NCBI RefSeq assembly: GCF_963676685.1
Contig: NC_092351.1
Span: forward strand, 29,326,001-29,390,000
Direction: 5' to 3'
Source: Mytilus edulis
Taxonomy: Eukaryota
DNA: 64,000 bases
The position numbers and the translations under genes were made by a program. How positions within the stretch are numbered: the first letter of the stretch is position 1; every line of letters begins with the position of its first letter. Shown piece after piece: positions 1-13,492 of the stretch. The notes beneath the pieces are model-generated. The model saw only the letters and a program-made list of their open reading frames with translations. It did no database searches and was not told the origin of the DNA.

Positions 1-1223
1 GCCGTATTTTAGCTGATTATATTGAGATCAGTGGTTTGTGAGTAGTTTATTTTTATTGGAATATTGCACTTCAAGAAATATGAAAACATGCGCTTTTTTC
101 TACTAATTTGTCATTTTTGGTGTATTATTGGTCTACCCGTGTTATAATGGAAGGAGATTTTATAAAGTTGAGAATGGAAATGGGGAATGATATTATAATA
201 AAATGTATTTTGTGTCTATAATCAACTTGATAAAAATAGCATATAACCTACAAGTACTTTTGAGGATTACTACTTGACAAAATGGACAACAACAGAAGGA
301 AGTGGCGGATCCAGAGGGGGATGTATAAGGCGTACACCCCATTCCCCACCCCCCTTTTGCTCATTTTTTTTTTTTTAAATGATTAATCATACTAGACTAT
401 GTGAACTTTGCGATTTCCTGTGTACTCTATTTTTTTATATTTATGTGACAATTCTTTACTTATAAAGATATTTTTGGCTGGAATTTACTGATTGTCAAAG
501 TAATGTGATTCGCTATGGTAGAGTTGATCAGTGCTTCGAAAAACGTCACTCAGTTGTTTTGAAATTCAAATTACAGTAACACATTGCTAAGTCTGAGGAT
601 GACAATCATGACACCTTCAAAGCGACATAGGATTGAGCAAGAACGTATTGACTTCTATTTCACTATTCCACCGAACAGGAAGTAATACTCTATAGACTAT
701 AACACTCTCATGAAAAAATTCTGAGGCAATATTATTTACCTACGAGAACATGTTTAACCCCAAATGCCATTGTCATGATTGATTGAATATATAAAAGTGC
801 TGCTTTGCGTTGAAGACTAAACTCCAACCTTTAATAATTTACTTTTATAAATTGTGACTTGGATAGACAGTTGTCTTTGGTACTTACATACATGTATATG
901 AGATCCAGTTATATCTATCTACAAGATTGAGCACACATTTTTTTTGTAATAAATTTAAAAGATAATTATTTCTATAATATCTGATAATATGTATCAGTTA
1001 TTTGTGATTTTTCATTTGATGTGTACTCTCTGGTAATGTCAGTTTCAGCATGATCAGTTGATTGGTTGTGATAGAAAAAATGGGGCAGTTTGCAATTGTC
1101 ATGTGCAGGTACACCACATGTGGATCTTCTTTCCCCTCTCATTTATAAAATTGTGCATGATATCTATCACAGAAACGCACCAGAATTTTGGTAAATGAAA
1201 CACTTGTCATATTAAATTAAAGT

Positions 1224-1382
1224 CAGGGGTGGAATTAAGAGGGTTTTTCAGGGGGCCTGGGCCATCCCTTTTGTAGGAAAATTTTGTTTTTTTATAGGGA
1301 ATCACTGAAGCATGACTGGAGTTGGCCCCTTCTTAGGCAGTCAATAGGCTCTCGCTTATGAAAATTTCTGGATCCACCACTA
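1224..1382. mobile_element. MITE with CAG(G/T)GG...CCACT termini and 5-bp TSD
   Basis: Imperfect TIRs caggggtgga / tccaccacta, flanked by AAAGT on both sides. Related pieces at ~301-355 and ~2655-2710. Confidence 0.6.
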
Positions 1383-2824
1383 AAAGTTTGAGTATAGTTA
1401 CATGTAGATAAGAATTTATGACATATTATGTTGAAATTTGCACAGATAATGAATGAAAAATAGAGTAAATTAAAAAATAGGCACTATTATTAAAAGCTTT
1501 CCTTGCTTATTCACAAGGACATATAATATCCTCCATGCTATTCCGATCTTAGTTTCTATTCATACATACATGTAGTCTGGTGCTGTTCCAAGTAGTTTTC
1601 TTTTTTCTGTTTCTTGAGAAGTATTTCTTTTACCTGTTCAGTCACTGTAAAGTGTTACAATTCCTATTTAAACGCAACACATAAATAGTGACCAAAAAGG
1701 TACAGCTATCACATGAGAGAAGCTAGAAAAAAGTAAAATGTATACATTTTAAACATTTTTGTAGGACCATGAAAATGGGGTATATAGATAGATATGCATA
1801 AAGAGACCATAGAACAAATAAGCAAACAAATTCAAAGGAGATGTACAAGTACATGTAACATGAATTATTATTATTAAAAAAAAGTCATGGCATGGCCAGA
1901 GACCCCAAACTTGACAGCATTTGGTGTTGAACAGGTAAAATGTTTGCATTGACAATAAATATAGCCTTTGTTTCACCCAGGTCGCCTTTCCCTAAATCAG
2001 CTATATTAAAGGTAACCACATATTTCTGGGCCGGGTTGAAAAATAAATGAAAATGACTTTGAAAAAAGCTTATAGAAAGACACCAAATTTGGGAGACATC
2101 TATTAAAATGTTTGAAATAATAAGAAAGTTGACAAGAAATAAGCTTTTTCAGATAATATACAGACTATTGCAGTCAGCCTCCTGAAATGTTTGCTTATAC
2201 ACTTTGCTTTCCTATAATGATTTAAAATCAGTGTGATAGTTTTCATGAAGAACACTGAGCGTACAGGTATTATGACGAGATAAATGTTGTGTTACATGTA
2301 TCTACCCAAATAAGTAAAATATGAAAATTCTTGCCTCCAAAACCAGTGATTGATCTCCTGATTTATATCTCATCACTCTATGCAGATGCTGTGTGAAAAA
2401 AAAATTGACTAAACAGTATGCTTCTATCCATTGAGTTGATTTATTATTAATTATTTTGCTTTGAATACACCTTATTGCTACAATATGAATATGTCCACCA
2501 TTACAAACTGTACATGTACATCACAAATATTCCATGTAAAATTTTGATGTTTTAATACAAAATATATGATGCCACAATGGAAAAGTAATTGTTGTACATG
2601 TATGACGTTAATGGTTTAAGAACGGACAGATTCTTAGGTCAGGTAGGACAATAAGGGGGAAGGGGGCGACTTCTCCAGTCATGCTTCAGTGATTCCCTAG
2701 ATAATCAACCAAATAGTAATGTTTGTTACGAAAAAATATACTAAGTGTAAGACCTGATGATGTGAATAAATTGAAATCAGACATATCAAATAAAATTTTC
2801 AGTGCTTTTGATATATCAATGGGC

Positions 2825-3230
2825 AATCTGATGAGTTAAGACTTTTTTGACTGATTTTTATAGTTCGTTCTTATGTTGTACTGTTATACATGTACCACTG
2901 TCCAAGGTTTGGGGGGGGGATCAGAATCCCGCTAACATGTTTACCACGCCACATTATTTATGTATGTGTCTGTCCCAAGTCAGGAGCCTACAACTCAGTG
3001 GTTGTTGTTTGTTTATGTGTTACATATTTGTTTTCGTTCATTTTTTTATATAAATAAGGCCGTTGGTTTTCTGGTTTGAATTGTTTTACATGTCATATCA
3101 GGGCCTTTATAGCTGACTATGTTGTATAGATTTTGATCATCATTGACCTATAGTTGTTCATGTCTGTGTCATTTTGGTCTCTTGTAGACAGTTGTCTCAT
3201 GGGCAATCATACCACATCTTCTTTTTCAAT
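2825..3230 (+). mobile_element. High-copy non-autonomous interspersed repeat (Helentron/SINE-like)
   Basis: The same core (aggagcct...cagtggttgtcgtttgt...ctcattggcaatcataccacatcttctttt) recurs at 6094-6357 and 58060-58205. The related 3' end recurs at ~840-920 and 53240-53310. Confidence 0.65.
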
Positions 3231-3283
3231 AATGACTGCTGATCACCACTGTGTTCATACTGGGACTATTATGGTCCAACAAC

Positions 3284-3379
3284 CAGTGGCGGATCCAGAA
3301 ATTTTCACGAGTGCAGGCCCACCAAATTTCCCCAAAAAAGATTGCATGCCCCCTGGCCCCCTTCTAAATCAGTCTCCTG
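3284..3379. mobile_element. Short MITE, same family as 1224-1382 (opposite orientation)
   Basis: cagtggcggatccagaaattttc...tctcctg; flanks ACAAC/ACAGC (degenerate 5-bp TSD). Confidence 0.55.
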
Positions 3380-4209
3380 ACAGCTACAAAGAATAAATTA
3401 TCAGGTACGAGTACATCAAAGATCATTAAACTATCTACCCCACATGCAAACATCTATTTGGGAGTTCACTGTATTGCAAGTTTTTTTTGGGGGTTCGAAG
3501 GATCGTATAAATGATTGCATTGGGGTCATTGTCAAAATATAGAGCTAAAGATAAATTATATAATTTGCAACAGCTGACACTATAGTATCATATAGTGCAC
3601 TGAAACCCTTGCAAATAACAATACAGTGGTGCTTGGTGTAGGCTTCTTTGCACATAAGAAACCATATTGCTCACCTTGTAATTTTTGTATTCTTGTAAAT
3701 AAGTATCGTCGGGTTTGTTTATTTACACCAGAAATCAATGAAGCGATGAATGCTGGAAACGAAATTACATCTTCGGTAAATTCCATGATTCTAATATTTT
3801 CTAATCAATATGTCCAAGCAATGAAAAATAAATCGTTATTATTTTTATACATAGAGCATACGTTTTATGTATTTACTATTTAAAATCTAAGCTTACGAAG
3901 AAATCTAACACAAAAGTATCTCAATGCTCGTCGATCTCAATCATTTAACCGTTTTAATACGCAGTTTAAAGTGTAAATTATACGCATTACTGTTCTATTT
4001 TTAGAGAATAGCAATAATACATAAATGTACAGTTTCTTAACAAAATAGCAACATAATTACAAGATTAAATCACCACATTATCACAAGATTATATAATCTG
4101 CACCAAATTGACAGTTTGTCGTGAGTTATCATCATAACTAATCACTATAGCAAATGAACACTTTATCATAATATGTACATATAACCTAGTATCATGATTT
4201 CAATCCGAC

Positions 4210-4640
4210 CCCACTTACGGACGCGTTGAACATATAATGCATGCCACTCATTAATAGCCAATCAGACGTTAAAAAGACCTTCATTTCCCAAAAAATCATT
4301 CCGGAAACATCCGCGAAGCAGTATTTATAACCAATGAAATAACAGAAATTTCGTTAACAGATTTACCCGAACCTGACGTTTAGCCTCTGACTAATCTTAC
4401 CGTATGACCATGATCAGACCGTATGACCATGGTCATACGGTAATGATATCCTGTTGTTGTTTGATAAGCCAGTCTATCCGTTGATTGGCTGATAACATTC
4501 CAATTACACATCATTAGACTTGCACGTTATATATCACTGTAGTCACTATGGAATACAAAATATGATAGATGCCAACCGATTTGAATGGTTCTCCACATAA
4601 AAGTGAGTAAGACCCAATCAAATCGGAAAAGACGCCCCTT
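4210..4640. promoter_or_regulatory. Putative promoter region, possibly of a minus-strand gene extending left
   Basis: Cluster of CCAAT boxes (agccaatca, aaccaatga, gattggct, cccaatca), CCGGAA and TGACGT motifs. Minus-strand GTAAGT donor at ~4213-4218. Confidence 0.3.
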
Positions 4641-4669
4641 AATTTACACGAACCATATATTTGTAAGAC

Positions 4670-5150
4670 TATACTATACAACAAATAGTTTATTTACGTC
4701 TCACCATTAATATTACAATACATAACATAATACACGAATACATACAATAATATACAATATTAATGCCATTCTAAAAAGAATTATGAGAGACGGGATTAAA
4801 ATATATATATATGTATATATATTGAAAATTAATAATTATAAATATCACTGTACAGCTAGATTAAAAATTTCCTTAAAATATTGATATTTACATTTAAGAA
4901 AAGGAAAAAAAAAAAAGTTTAACGATATAAAAATCGACGTCTTCTATCTAAAATAAATTTGCAGATTTTGGCACTATAAATAATAATACTATCACAGTTA
5001 CTGGCTAGAACAATAGACAATTTATCCAGGTTGGAAAAATTTAAAAAGTTTGAGTGTTCTGACAGAATAATTTTAAAAAGTTCATTTCGCAGATCATCGT
5101 ACAACGGACACTCTAACAAGACATGTTCCTCAGTTTCAACAATGACTACA
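4670..5150 (-). mobile_element. 3' fragment of a CR1/L2-type LINE
   Basis: ORF 4919-5155(-) carries the C-terminal zinc-knuckle motif ETEEHVLLECPLYDDLR, followed by a 3'UTR with AATAAA and a simple-repeat tail. Confidence 0.7.
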
Positions 5151-5399
5151 TGCAACTTTAAAGTAAATAGATTTATAACTTTGTTAATTAAAAGGTATTA
5201 TGATATAATGATACATTATATTTGAATATGTTTTTAAAGACAATAGATAACATGGTATTGACACAAACGCATTTACCTTAAATGGTAATGACCGAATTGA
5301 TAAAAAGCGGTTAGAAAATGCAGTTATGTGATTATGAAATACATGTATAATGAAAATCTATCGCAATAGATAATTAACCTCTCACACGTTTAAGATTAT

Positions 5400-8300
5400 G
5401 TGCTGGTGGTTGTACCCCAGGATTGTACATGCGTCTAGTGTGGTAGGAAATCATATGCCTTTTATCACCGCTGGCTAGCCTGCTTGCAGGTGAAAAAAAA
5501 AGCCGAGCGAGGAAGTCTTTCTGCCAGTACATAGCCTCTGCACTATTCAAGGTTTCTGCAATGCCTCCCTACGACAGCACATGGTAACTAGGGGGATTAA
5601 CGTCAAGCTATTCACCTTGCCCAGTAAAACAAAGCTGATTACAGAAACTAATACAGTCGTTTAACATGCTTGCCCTTCCAGGGTTGGAGCAGAAGTTGTT
5701 TTTAATGCAACTGACGCCATGCGATGCAGAGAATGACGTCTAATAAACCGATACCACTGTTTTCCCCCAAAAAAGTCACTTAAGTTGCGCAATGGAATGT
5801 ACGCACAATGTATGAATGCGGAAAATGTGCTCAGCTAGCAAAGGAAAAACTATGATATAAACGTACTTGGCATAAGAGAAGCAAGATGGAACCAAAGTGG
5901 AGTTTTGACACTGGCAACAGTTGAGGAGATTCTATTCTCGGGAAACCCAAAGGAAAATGATTGCCACACCAAAGGAGTAGCAATAATGCTTTCAAACACA
6001 CCAAAGAACTACAACATGTTTGGGACAACATCCCCAAGAGAGACATCAAAATAGTCATGGGTGATATGAATGCTAAGATTGGAAAAGAGTACAAGGAGCC
6101 TGTAATTCAGTGGTTGTCGTTTGTTTATGTGTTACATATTTGTTTTTCGTTCATTTTTATATGAATAAGGCCGTTTGTTTTCTCGTTTCAATTGTTTTAC
6201 ATTGTCATATCGGGGCGTTTTATAGCTGACTATGCGATGTGGGCTTATTTCATTGTTGAAGGCTGTACGTTGACCTATTGTTTTTCATGTCTGTGTCATT
6301 TTGGTCTCTTGTGGACAGTTTTCTCATTGGCAATTATACCAGATCTTCTTTTTTATAAGGACAGGGAGAAAACATAAGGAAAACATGGTCTAGGAGAAAT
6401 AAATGAGAATGAAGTAAAGCTAGTTGAATTCTGTGAGATGAATGAGCTTGTGATAGGAGGCAGTTTATTTCCACATAAGAATATACACAAGGAAACATGG
6501 GAATCATCTGATGGAAAAACAAAAAAAATTCAGATTGACCACATCATGATAAGTCAGAGATGGAGAAGCTCACTACAAGACGTGAGAGTTATGAGATGAG
6601 CAGATATCAGCTCAGACCACCATCTTATCATAGCCAAAATAAAAACAAAACTTGCAAAAGGGACCAAAATTAAACAGAAAGGTATAAAGTATAATGTGGA
6701 GAAGCTCAAAAACTTACATCTTTAAAGATCAATTCCAAATCGAGCTCGGAAACAGATTTGAAGTACTTAAAGATGGGCCAGACCTGGACAAAAATGTCGA
6801 ATGGGAAGTTGGAAGAGATATCATCAAGGAATTGTGTGAAGATGTACTTGGAAGAAAAACTTACAAAAAGAAAGATTTCATGTCACATAGAACATGGGAT
6901 AAAGTAGAAAGAGAAGGAAAATGAAGAAAAAGGTAAACAATGCAAGAACAAGGCTCAGAAATAAGAAGCACAAAACAAACACCAGTTGCTCAACAAAGAA
7001 GTGAAAAAAATACTGTAGAAAAGACAAGACAGAATATGTAAATGACCTTGCAACTGAAGCAGAATTTGCTGCATCTAAGGGCGATATCAAAACCTTGAAC
7101 AATATCACCAAAACCCTTAGTAAACGTAAAACAGCCAAGTCTAAACCAGTAAAGGATAAAGATTGAAAATCCCAACCAATCGTAATGAACAGATGGAAAG
7201 ATTGAATGAATACTTCGTCAATGTCCTAAATAGACAAGAACCAGACCAACCAGAAAGAGTAGAGCCAGCTGAGGTAGATTTGAACATAAAAATAGATAAC
7301 ATTACGAAATATGAAGTGAAAAAGGTCTTCAAATCACTAAAGAATGGAAAATCTGCAGGCATAGATGAAAAACCACTTGAAGTTTTCAAATTTGGAGACA
7401 ATGACATAATAGAATACAAACTCCTGAATAAGATCTGGCAGGAAGAAAAGATACCAACAGAATGGTTAAAGGGTTTGTTAGTGAAGCTGCCAAAGAAAGG
7501 AGATTTAGGGCTATGTGAGATTGGAGAAGCACAACACTTCTATCAGTAGCTAGTAAAATACTGTGCAAAATTATACTCAGCCGAATTAAAGATGCAAATG
7601 ATTAGGTACTTAGAGACATACAAGCAGGTTTCAGATCAAACTGAAGCTGCAATGACCAAACAGCAACACTGCGTACCATCATTGAACCACAATCAGTGGA
7701 ATGGCAATCATCTCTCTACATCAACTTTGTCGATTTTGAAAGAGCATTCGATAGTGTAAACAGTGGCAACTGCTAAGTCATTATGGTATACCAACAAAAA
7801 TTGTGAATATGATAAAGGCGTTTACGTGGATTTCACAGTACAGGTGGTACAGGAATCATCATTCACTAATCCTTTCCATGTAAATACTGGTGTGAAACAA
7901 GGCTGAATACTCTCCCCTAGACTATTCTTGAAATCCATAGACTCGGTGACTAAGCAAGCACTAGACACTACACCAAGAGGTATACAGTGGAACTTCGCAC
8001 AAAGGATAGAAGACCTAGATTTTGCAGATGATCTGGCTCTGTTATCTCACGGTTTGAAAGACATGAGAGACAAAACCACCGAACTCCATGAAATAGGAAA
8101 TAAAATAAGGCTAAAAATCAACATCAAGAAGACAAAATTTATGAACGTGAAGACCAGAAAAGGTGGACCAGTGTCAATTGAAGGAAAAGATATTGAAGAA
8201 GTCGATCAGTTTACTTATTTAGGAAACATCATGGATAGAACTGGTGGGACTGATGCAGACATCAAGACAAGAATAAGTAAAGTTCGACAAGTTTTGCTAT

Positions 8301-8820
8301 GCTGAAGCCAGTTTGAAAATCAACAGCATTTACAAAAAACACCAAAATTTGAATTTTAAACACGAATGTAAAATCAGTCCTTGTTTTATGGTGCAGAGAC
8401 CTGTAGACTTACAGCAGAGTAAAACATAAAATCCAGGTTTTTATTAACAAATTAAATGCCTGCGCCAAATTGTTAAATTTTGGTGGCCAGAAACCATTAG
8501 TAACAAATACTTATGGGAAAGAACTAACCAGAAACCAGCAATTAAACGGCTTAAGAGGAGAACTTGGCAATGAATAGGGCACACTTTGAGGACACCTGTA
8601 GGTACCATCACTAGACAGGCATTAGAATGGAACCCACAATGACATCGGATACCGGGAAAATCATTTCACAGCTGTAGTAGATCAAGGAACAAGTAGCTAG
8701 AGGAAATTGGATATACCTGGAACGAAGCAGAAAGAATAGCCTAAAACAGCGTAAGATGGAAATCGTCTGTAGCGGCCCTATGTTCCACAATAAACGAAGA
8801 GGATTAAATCAAGTAAGTCA
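5400..8820 (+). mobile_element. Decayed RTE-clade LINE (AP endonuclease + RT), many stops and frameshifts
   Basis: EN motifs WNVRT (~5793), IVMGDMNAKIG and IDHIM..SDHH. RT motifs LVKLPKKGDL, VDFERAFDSV, DLDFADDLAL and VDQFTYLG. Ends in gaagaggattaa plus a short caagt tail. 5' boundary approximate. Confidence 0.9.
6094..6357 (+). mobile_element. 5'-truncated copy of the interspersed repeat inserted in the RTE endonuclease region
   Basis: Removing it restores IGKEYK-DREKT. AAGGA is present at both junctions (6093-6097 and 6357-6361). Confidence 0.8.
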
Positions 8821-8930
8821 TGTTTAAATTTGTTATTAAGTACCAGATTTATTGTATACTTATCGCTCATATGAGTATTATTTTTTGTTTGTGTTTTTTA
8901 GTAATTTTGGACAATTCACAATTCTCTTAA

Positions 8931-9546
8931 AGGGCATACAATAACAGGGGGGGTAATGACGTTGCTAACGTAAAATGTAATTGTCGCGACGTCAAACTAT
9001 GACATATCGGGAAAAGGTGCATTTTTCGACTGATTTTTATCATTCAAACTGATTTGATTTGAAAACGAGTGCATGGACCCCTATTTTTTAAAACTACATT
9101 TTGTTTCATTTTGTAGGGTGACTATGTGGACCAAATTTGATAAAACTGTAAAAAGTGCAATTTTTTTAATTTTGATAAATATACAGTAAACAATTACGTT
9201 TTTTCTCAATTCATGACCATTTGAAAAATATGAGTTATTTCTGAATAAAAAATGCATACATTTTTAGGATACTTATAAAATACAGAAATTACAAATTATT
9301 TAACAAAAAACAGTTTGTGTTCATCTTTTAAAACAAAAACAGTTATGGCTTTCTTTCGAAAGGGAAAATACGGCCAAAATCCGAATATCGAGCAAATATA
9401 CAAAATTTTGACCTCATTTAACTCAAAAAGTAGAATATGAAGGTATATTTTTTATTACATATTTGATTTAATCAGGCAAAAAAATACCCTATATGGAAAT
9501 TTTCATCAAACTGTAAATACGGGATCAAAACTGTATCGTATGCCCT
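8931..9546. mobile_element. Kolobok-like non-autonomous DNA transposon
   Basis: TIRs agggcatacaataacag / ctgtatcgtatgccct in a TTAA context. Confidence 0.7.
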
Positions 9547-10289
9547 TAATATTGGTGTATCGGTTACAATGTAGGAGCATGTGATGTTCATTTTTATTTC
9601 CCACTTTTGCAGCTTTCATAATTATTTGATAGTTTGTTTTAATTTTGGTTCATTTATTTGTTTAGTGTGATGTCCTTTTTCGCGTCCTTTTTCGTTGAAC
9701 TATTACACATTTTTGTTTAGGGGCTAGCTGACGACCGCTTCCAGTGAGGGATTTTCTCGCGGTGTTGAAGACCATTTGGTGGTCTTTGGATGTTTTGGTG
9801 CTCTTCAGTCGTGTTGTTGTTTCTTTGACACATTCCCCGTTTCAATTCTCAATTAATGCAATTTGATTTTGTTCTAAAAATCCTTGTGACGTTACGGGTG
9901 ATGTTCGTGTCTATAACAGACGTGGTTCAAACGCTACAAAAATACTTGTAGAATAAGTAATGATCACTTTTTGCAAACCATTTGACCTCTTTTAAAATGA
10001 TTCATTTCAATCTAATTCTAATACAGATAAAACGAGAACTGCGGTCATGATCACCTCCCCCTTCCCCCTCAAATTAAGATTATCTCAAGTAACAGTTGTC
10101 AGACCACATTACTATGGACATCGTGTAAAGTTCATTAATATCCGTCAAGTAATTTATAAAGAATACCGATAACAAGGAAAATGGACAGACAGAAGGACAA
10201 GGGGGTTCCCATATTGCCCAAAACTTTTTTGCTGGGGGATATAACTATATGTTTTTTTAAGGAAGAAAGAGGTTTTTAAACAATAACTT

Positions 10290-12029
10290 TATTGTGCTCT
10301 TTCCATTTCATCCAATACAGATAAACTGCCAAGATGTGTAGTTTCCAGAAGACTAAGAGTTCACGCGTCGAACATTGAAGAGTTGGTGAAACGTAAATAA
10401 CAGATGCTATAGAAATGATCGAATGTTTCTTATTCAATAGTTTATACGACAACATTTTTTTGTTTGGTCTAAGTATAAACCACGAACGAACCTTTTAGGT
10501 AAGTTACGCCCCAATCATCGGTGGTGTCCTTTTTTAGGGTTTCGGGATAAACACCTGCTTTAAAAAGGTAATAATTTGAAACTGCTTCATCAGTGTATAC
10601 AGCAAGTACTGTGCCAAGCGCAATCAGGTCTTTCATTCGGTAATTTTCCGTGGTTTCTGCGGGACCCGAATGGCGGGTTCGGTTGTTCTCGACAACTATC
10701 GGTATGGTCACCTTGCTTCCAATGGAATTATTTATGCAGTCTTTGTAAGTACCAACCAAACAGTTTTTACAAGAATAACATGACAGGTTAATAACTGTCA
10801 AATTAGCATCGTCCAAAGAAGAAGAAAACCTGATGCAGACTTCTAATACCGGAACGGGTTTAACAGATATTGTGTTACGATCTATACGCTCGACATATCT
10901 AAATATTCAGCGCTTACAATACAGTGCTTTAGTGCCCTTTAAATGTTTCCCGCTGTATTTAAAATAATCTGCCGCAGATTGTATTACTTCGTTCTCAAGA
11001 AAAATTAACAGCCATGTCTACTTGATTCTTTAAAAAGCCCCCGGCTGCGTCATAATGTCCCTTTGCGTTCGAAGTTTCGAAATAATTTCGAATGAAAAAT
11101 TCATATCCGTGTTTGGAACAAATGTCGATTAACATTCCAAAACAATTTCGTGACTTATATTGAACCATAACTTTTACATCATATCGAATCGAATCTAAAT
11201 ACTCCTTGACAAGGGTTTGAATATTTTGGGTAAAAAAACTTATCATGTCTCTCATCCGGGCTTATTACAAAGAAATGCTCTGTGATAATACATGGAATAT
11301 CCGGCAAACTTTCTACTCCGTCTACCTCCAGAATTGCATGACGATTAATTACGGACACATGCATCTATACTTCGTGCGCTGAAAACTTTCTTTGCAACAG
11401 TAGTTTTCGGAATAGTAATGAATTAAGTGCATTTTCTGACAACAGTAAGTTTTGTATTCGAATTTACAGTGATGTATTTGTACCGTTCCCAAGATACATT
11501 GGGAGAATCATCCGAAACATTTAACTCTTCGTCTGTAAATTTTAAGAACGAAGTCCACATTTACTACATTCACGATGAAACACGCCTTCGAGTAAGAACT
11601 ATTTACTTGATCCTTATCACATAAAGTAGCAACGGCGATATCAGTCAGATGTTCATAAATAGGGTACACGTTTTGCTCGAAATCTAAACTGTTCGGAATC
11701 ATGTATTTTTTCTAAACTCAATTGTTTTTGAAAACTAACATCTGACTTCTATGAGGTAGCGACAATAGCAGGTAATACAATCCTTTGGTCTTGCTGACCG
11801 GACAAAATACGGCTTTAATCTCTCAAATGGTCTTTGGTTCATTTTTATGTTTGGAATATTTATACACAAGTCATTAAACTCTTCAGTTTGAGATTTATCA
11901 AGTATATATATAGAATTTTTTAAGAATTGTTTTGGGGCCAATACGAATACGCTTCGTGTAATTTTTGTTTCCAGACGACCGGAATGTATTAGGATCTGTC
12001 CAAAAATTGTACGCGATTTTCTTTACTAA
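10290..12029 (-). pseudogene. Decayed DDD-type transposase (Sola2-like by motif), C-terminal part; interrupted by the YR element
   Basis: Frameshifted fragments LKPYFVRSARPKDCITCYCRY, YSENY, EHFFVISPDERHD, QYKS, RNYFETSNAKGHYDAAGGFLK and a C-terminal CYSCKNC...C. The superfamily call is from recalled motif patterns. Confidence 0.7.
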
Positions 12030-12129
12030 GGTTTATCACTTATAAGATAAACCAATTTAATGAAAGAGATTTGATTAATGTATTTATTTTCCTTAAATGA
12101 CATATTTTATCATTCGGATCCGCATCTCG

Positions 12130-12170
12130 CTTCCGGCTTATAAACATCACGTGACTTCAGCCTCACAGTT
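12130..12170 (+). promoter_or_regulatory. Internal Pol II core promoter of the YR element
   Basis: CTTCCGG, TATAAA (12139-12144), CACGTG (12148-12153) and an Inr-like CAGTT whose A (12167) is 28 nt after the TATA start. Confidence 0.55.
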
Positions 12171-12267
12171 GAACTAGCCGCTCTGGATAAGTGAAAGTTA
12201 CAAAAGTTTCAAAAGACAATCGTCAAAAAATCTTCGACATCCGCAACTTATAGATTTCTAATCAGAT

Positions 12268-13404
12268 ATGAAACCACCGAAAAGGCCTCGTAATGTTCCC
12301 AAAAAGGTTTCACAGCAGCCTACAGGTCCAGCAAAGAAATTTGGAAAAGGCAAAGTGCCGTCAACACGAGGAGCACTTTCAAAATCACAGAACACGACAA
12401 GAACCGTTCAAGTGTCTAGAGCAGCGACAGATTCTAATTTGGCAATTGCTAGGTGTGCAGCTATTAACATTGTATCAGACGCACATCAGGAACCCCCATT
12501 CGTGCCTTTCAGGATTCAAGATGAGATGGATACAGAAAGTCCAAATAGCAACGAGGGAGACGCACTGGACAGACCAAGGGAAGATTTGTTACCACAGACT
12601 CCACAACCTGGCCCCAGCGGGGTGATGAGTCCAGCAAACAACAACCTTGGTATGTTAACTGTCTCAAATGTTTCTCACGGGTCGGCTGCTGGGTCTTTAG
12701 ATACTCGTTTACAAGTGGACCAATCCCCTTCATACATTTCAAGTGTTTTCGATCCCATTTCATCCCATATTCCGGTCAAAATTAAAGAAAAAATATGGAA
12801 CGGTGAATTTATTGACCTGAACGTTCTTCTAAAATCCACCCGGGACCTTTTAAACGAGCAAAATTTAGAGGGTGAACTGGTAGTTAAAGGGGGTGTTTTA
12901 TCCCTAGTTAACCAAAAGAAAAGTCCCATAAAAAGTATTTATATCTGGACTTCCGCATTCATGATTTATGGAAGTGTCATGCTTGAAAAATAGCCCAACA
13001 AAGGTCTGGAGTTTTTCAAATACATGCAAACAGTCAGAATGGCAGCCTCAAGGGGTTACTCTGGAGGCTGGGTTCATTATGATGAGCAATTTAGGTTACG
13101 TAAAGTTTTTTCCCCCTTTTCTTCATGGGGAGTTGTCGATATGGAGCTGTGGTTACTATGTGTATCTACTCCGAACGTTAGTCCTTTTTTTAACACAGGA
13201 ATTTCAAATATCAATAACCATCAATCGCATAGTGGGAATTCATCGACAAGTGGGGCGTCGAGTCAAAATGTAGGACAACGACGCGTGTTTACATGCAGAT
13301 TATTCAATAACAAGGGTACTTGTACATTTGGCAAGAATTGCAAATTTGCTCACAAATGCTCGAAATGTAATGGTAGTCATCCCTATTTAGAATGCAGAAA
13401 TTAA
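12268..13404 (+). pseudogene. gag: Gag-like ORF1 with one premature stop (TAG 12991-12993, probably TGG)
   Basis: ORFs 12268-12993 and 13024-13404 are in one frame. IKEKIWNGEFIDL and WVHYDEQFR motifs; C-terminal CCCH (CRLFNNKGTCTFGKNCKFAH) and CCHC (CSKCNGSHPYLEC) fingers. Confidence 0.88.
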
Positions 13405-13492
13405 TTCCGCTTTGTTTTTGTTTACCTTGTTTTTGTAAACATCTTTTTTCCTAGAAATTATATTTAGATATTGTTATGTGTGGCTTATTGAA

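Noticed and set aside
2750-2850. CTGATGA motifs as further hammerheads
   Set aside because: No stem II plus GAAA arrangement follows them.
5400-5560. HDV-like ribozyme at the RTE 5' end
   Set aside because: I could not build the nested double pseudoknot by eye.
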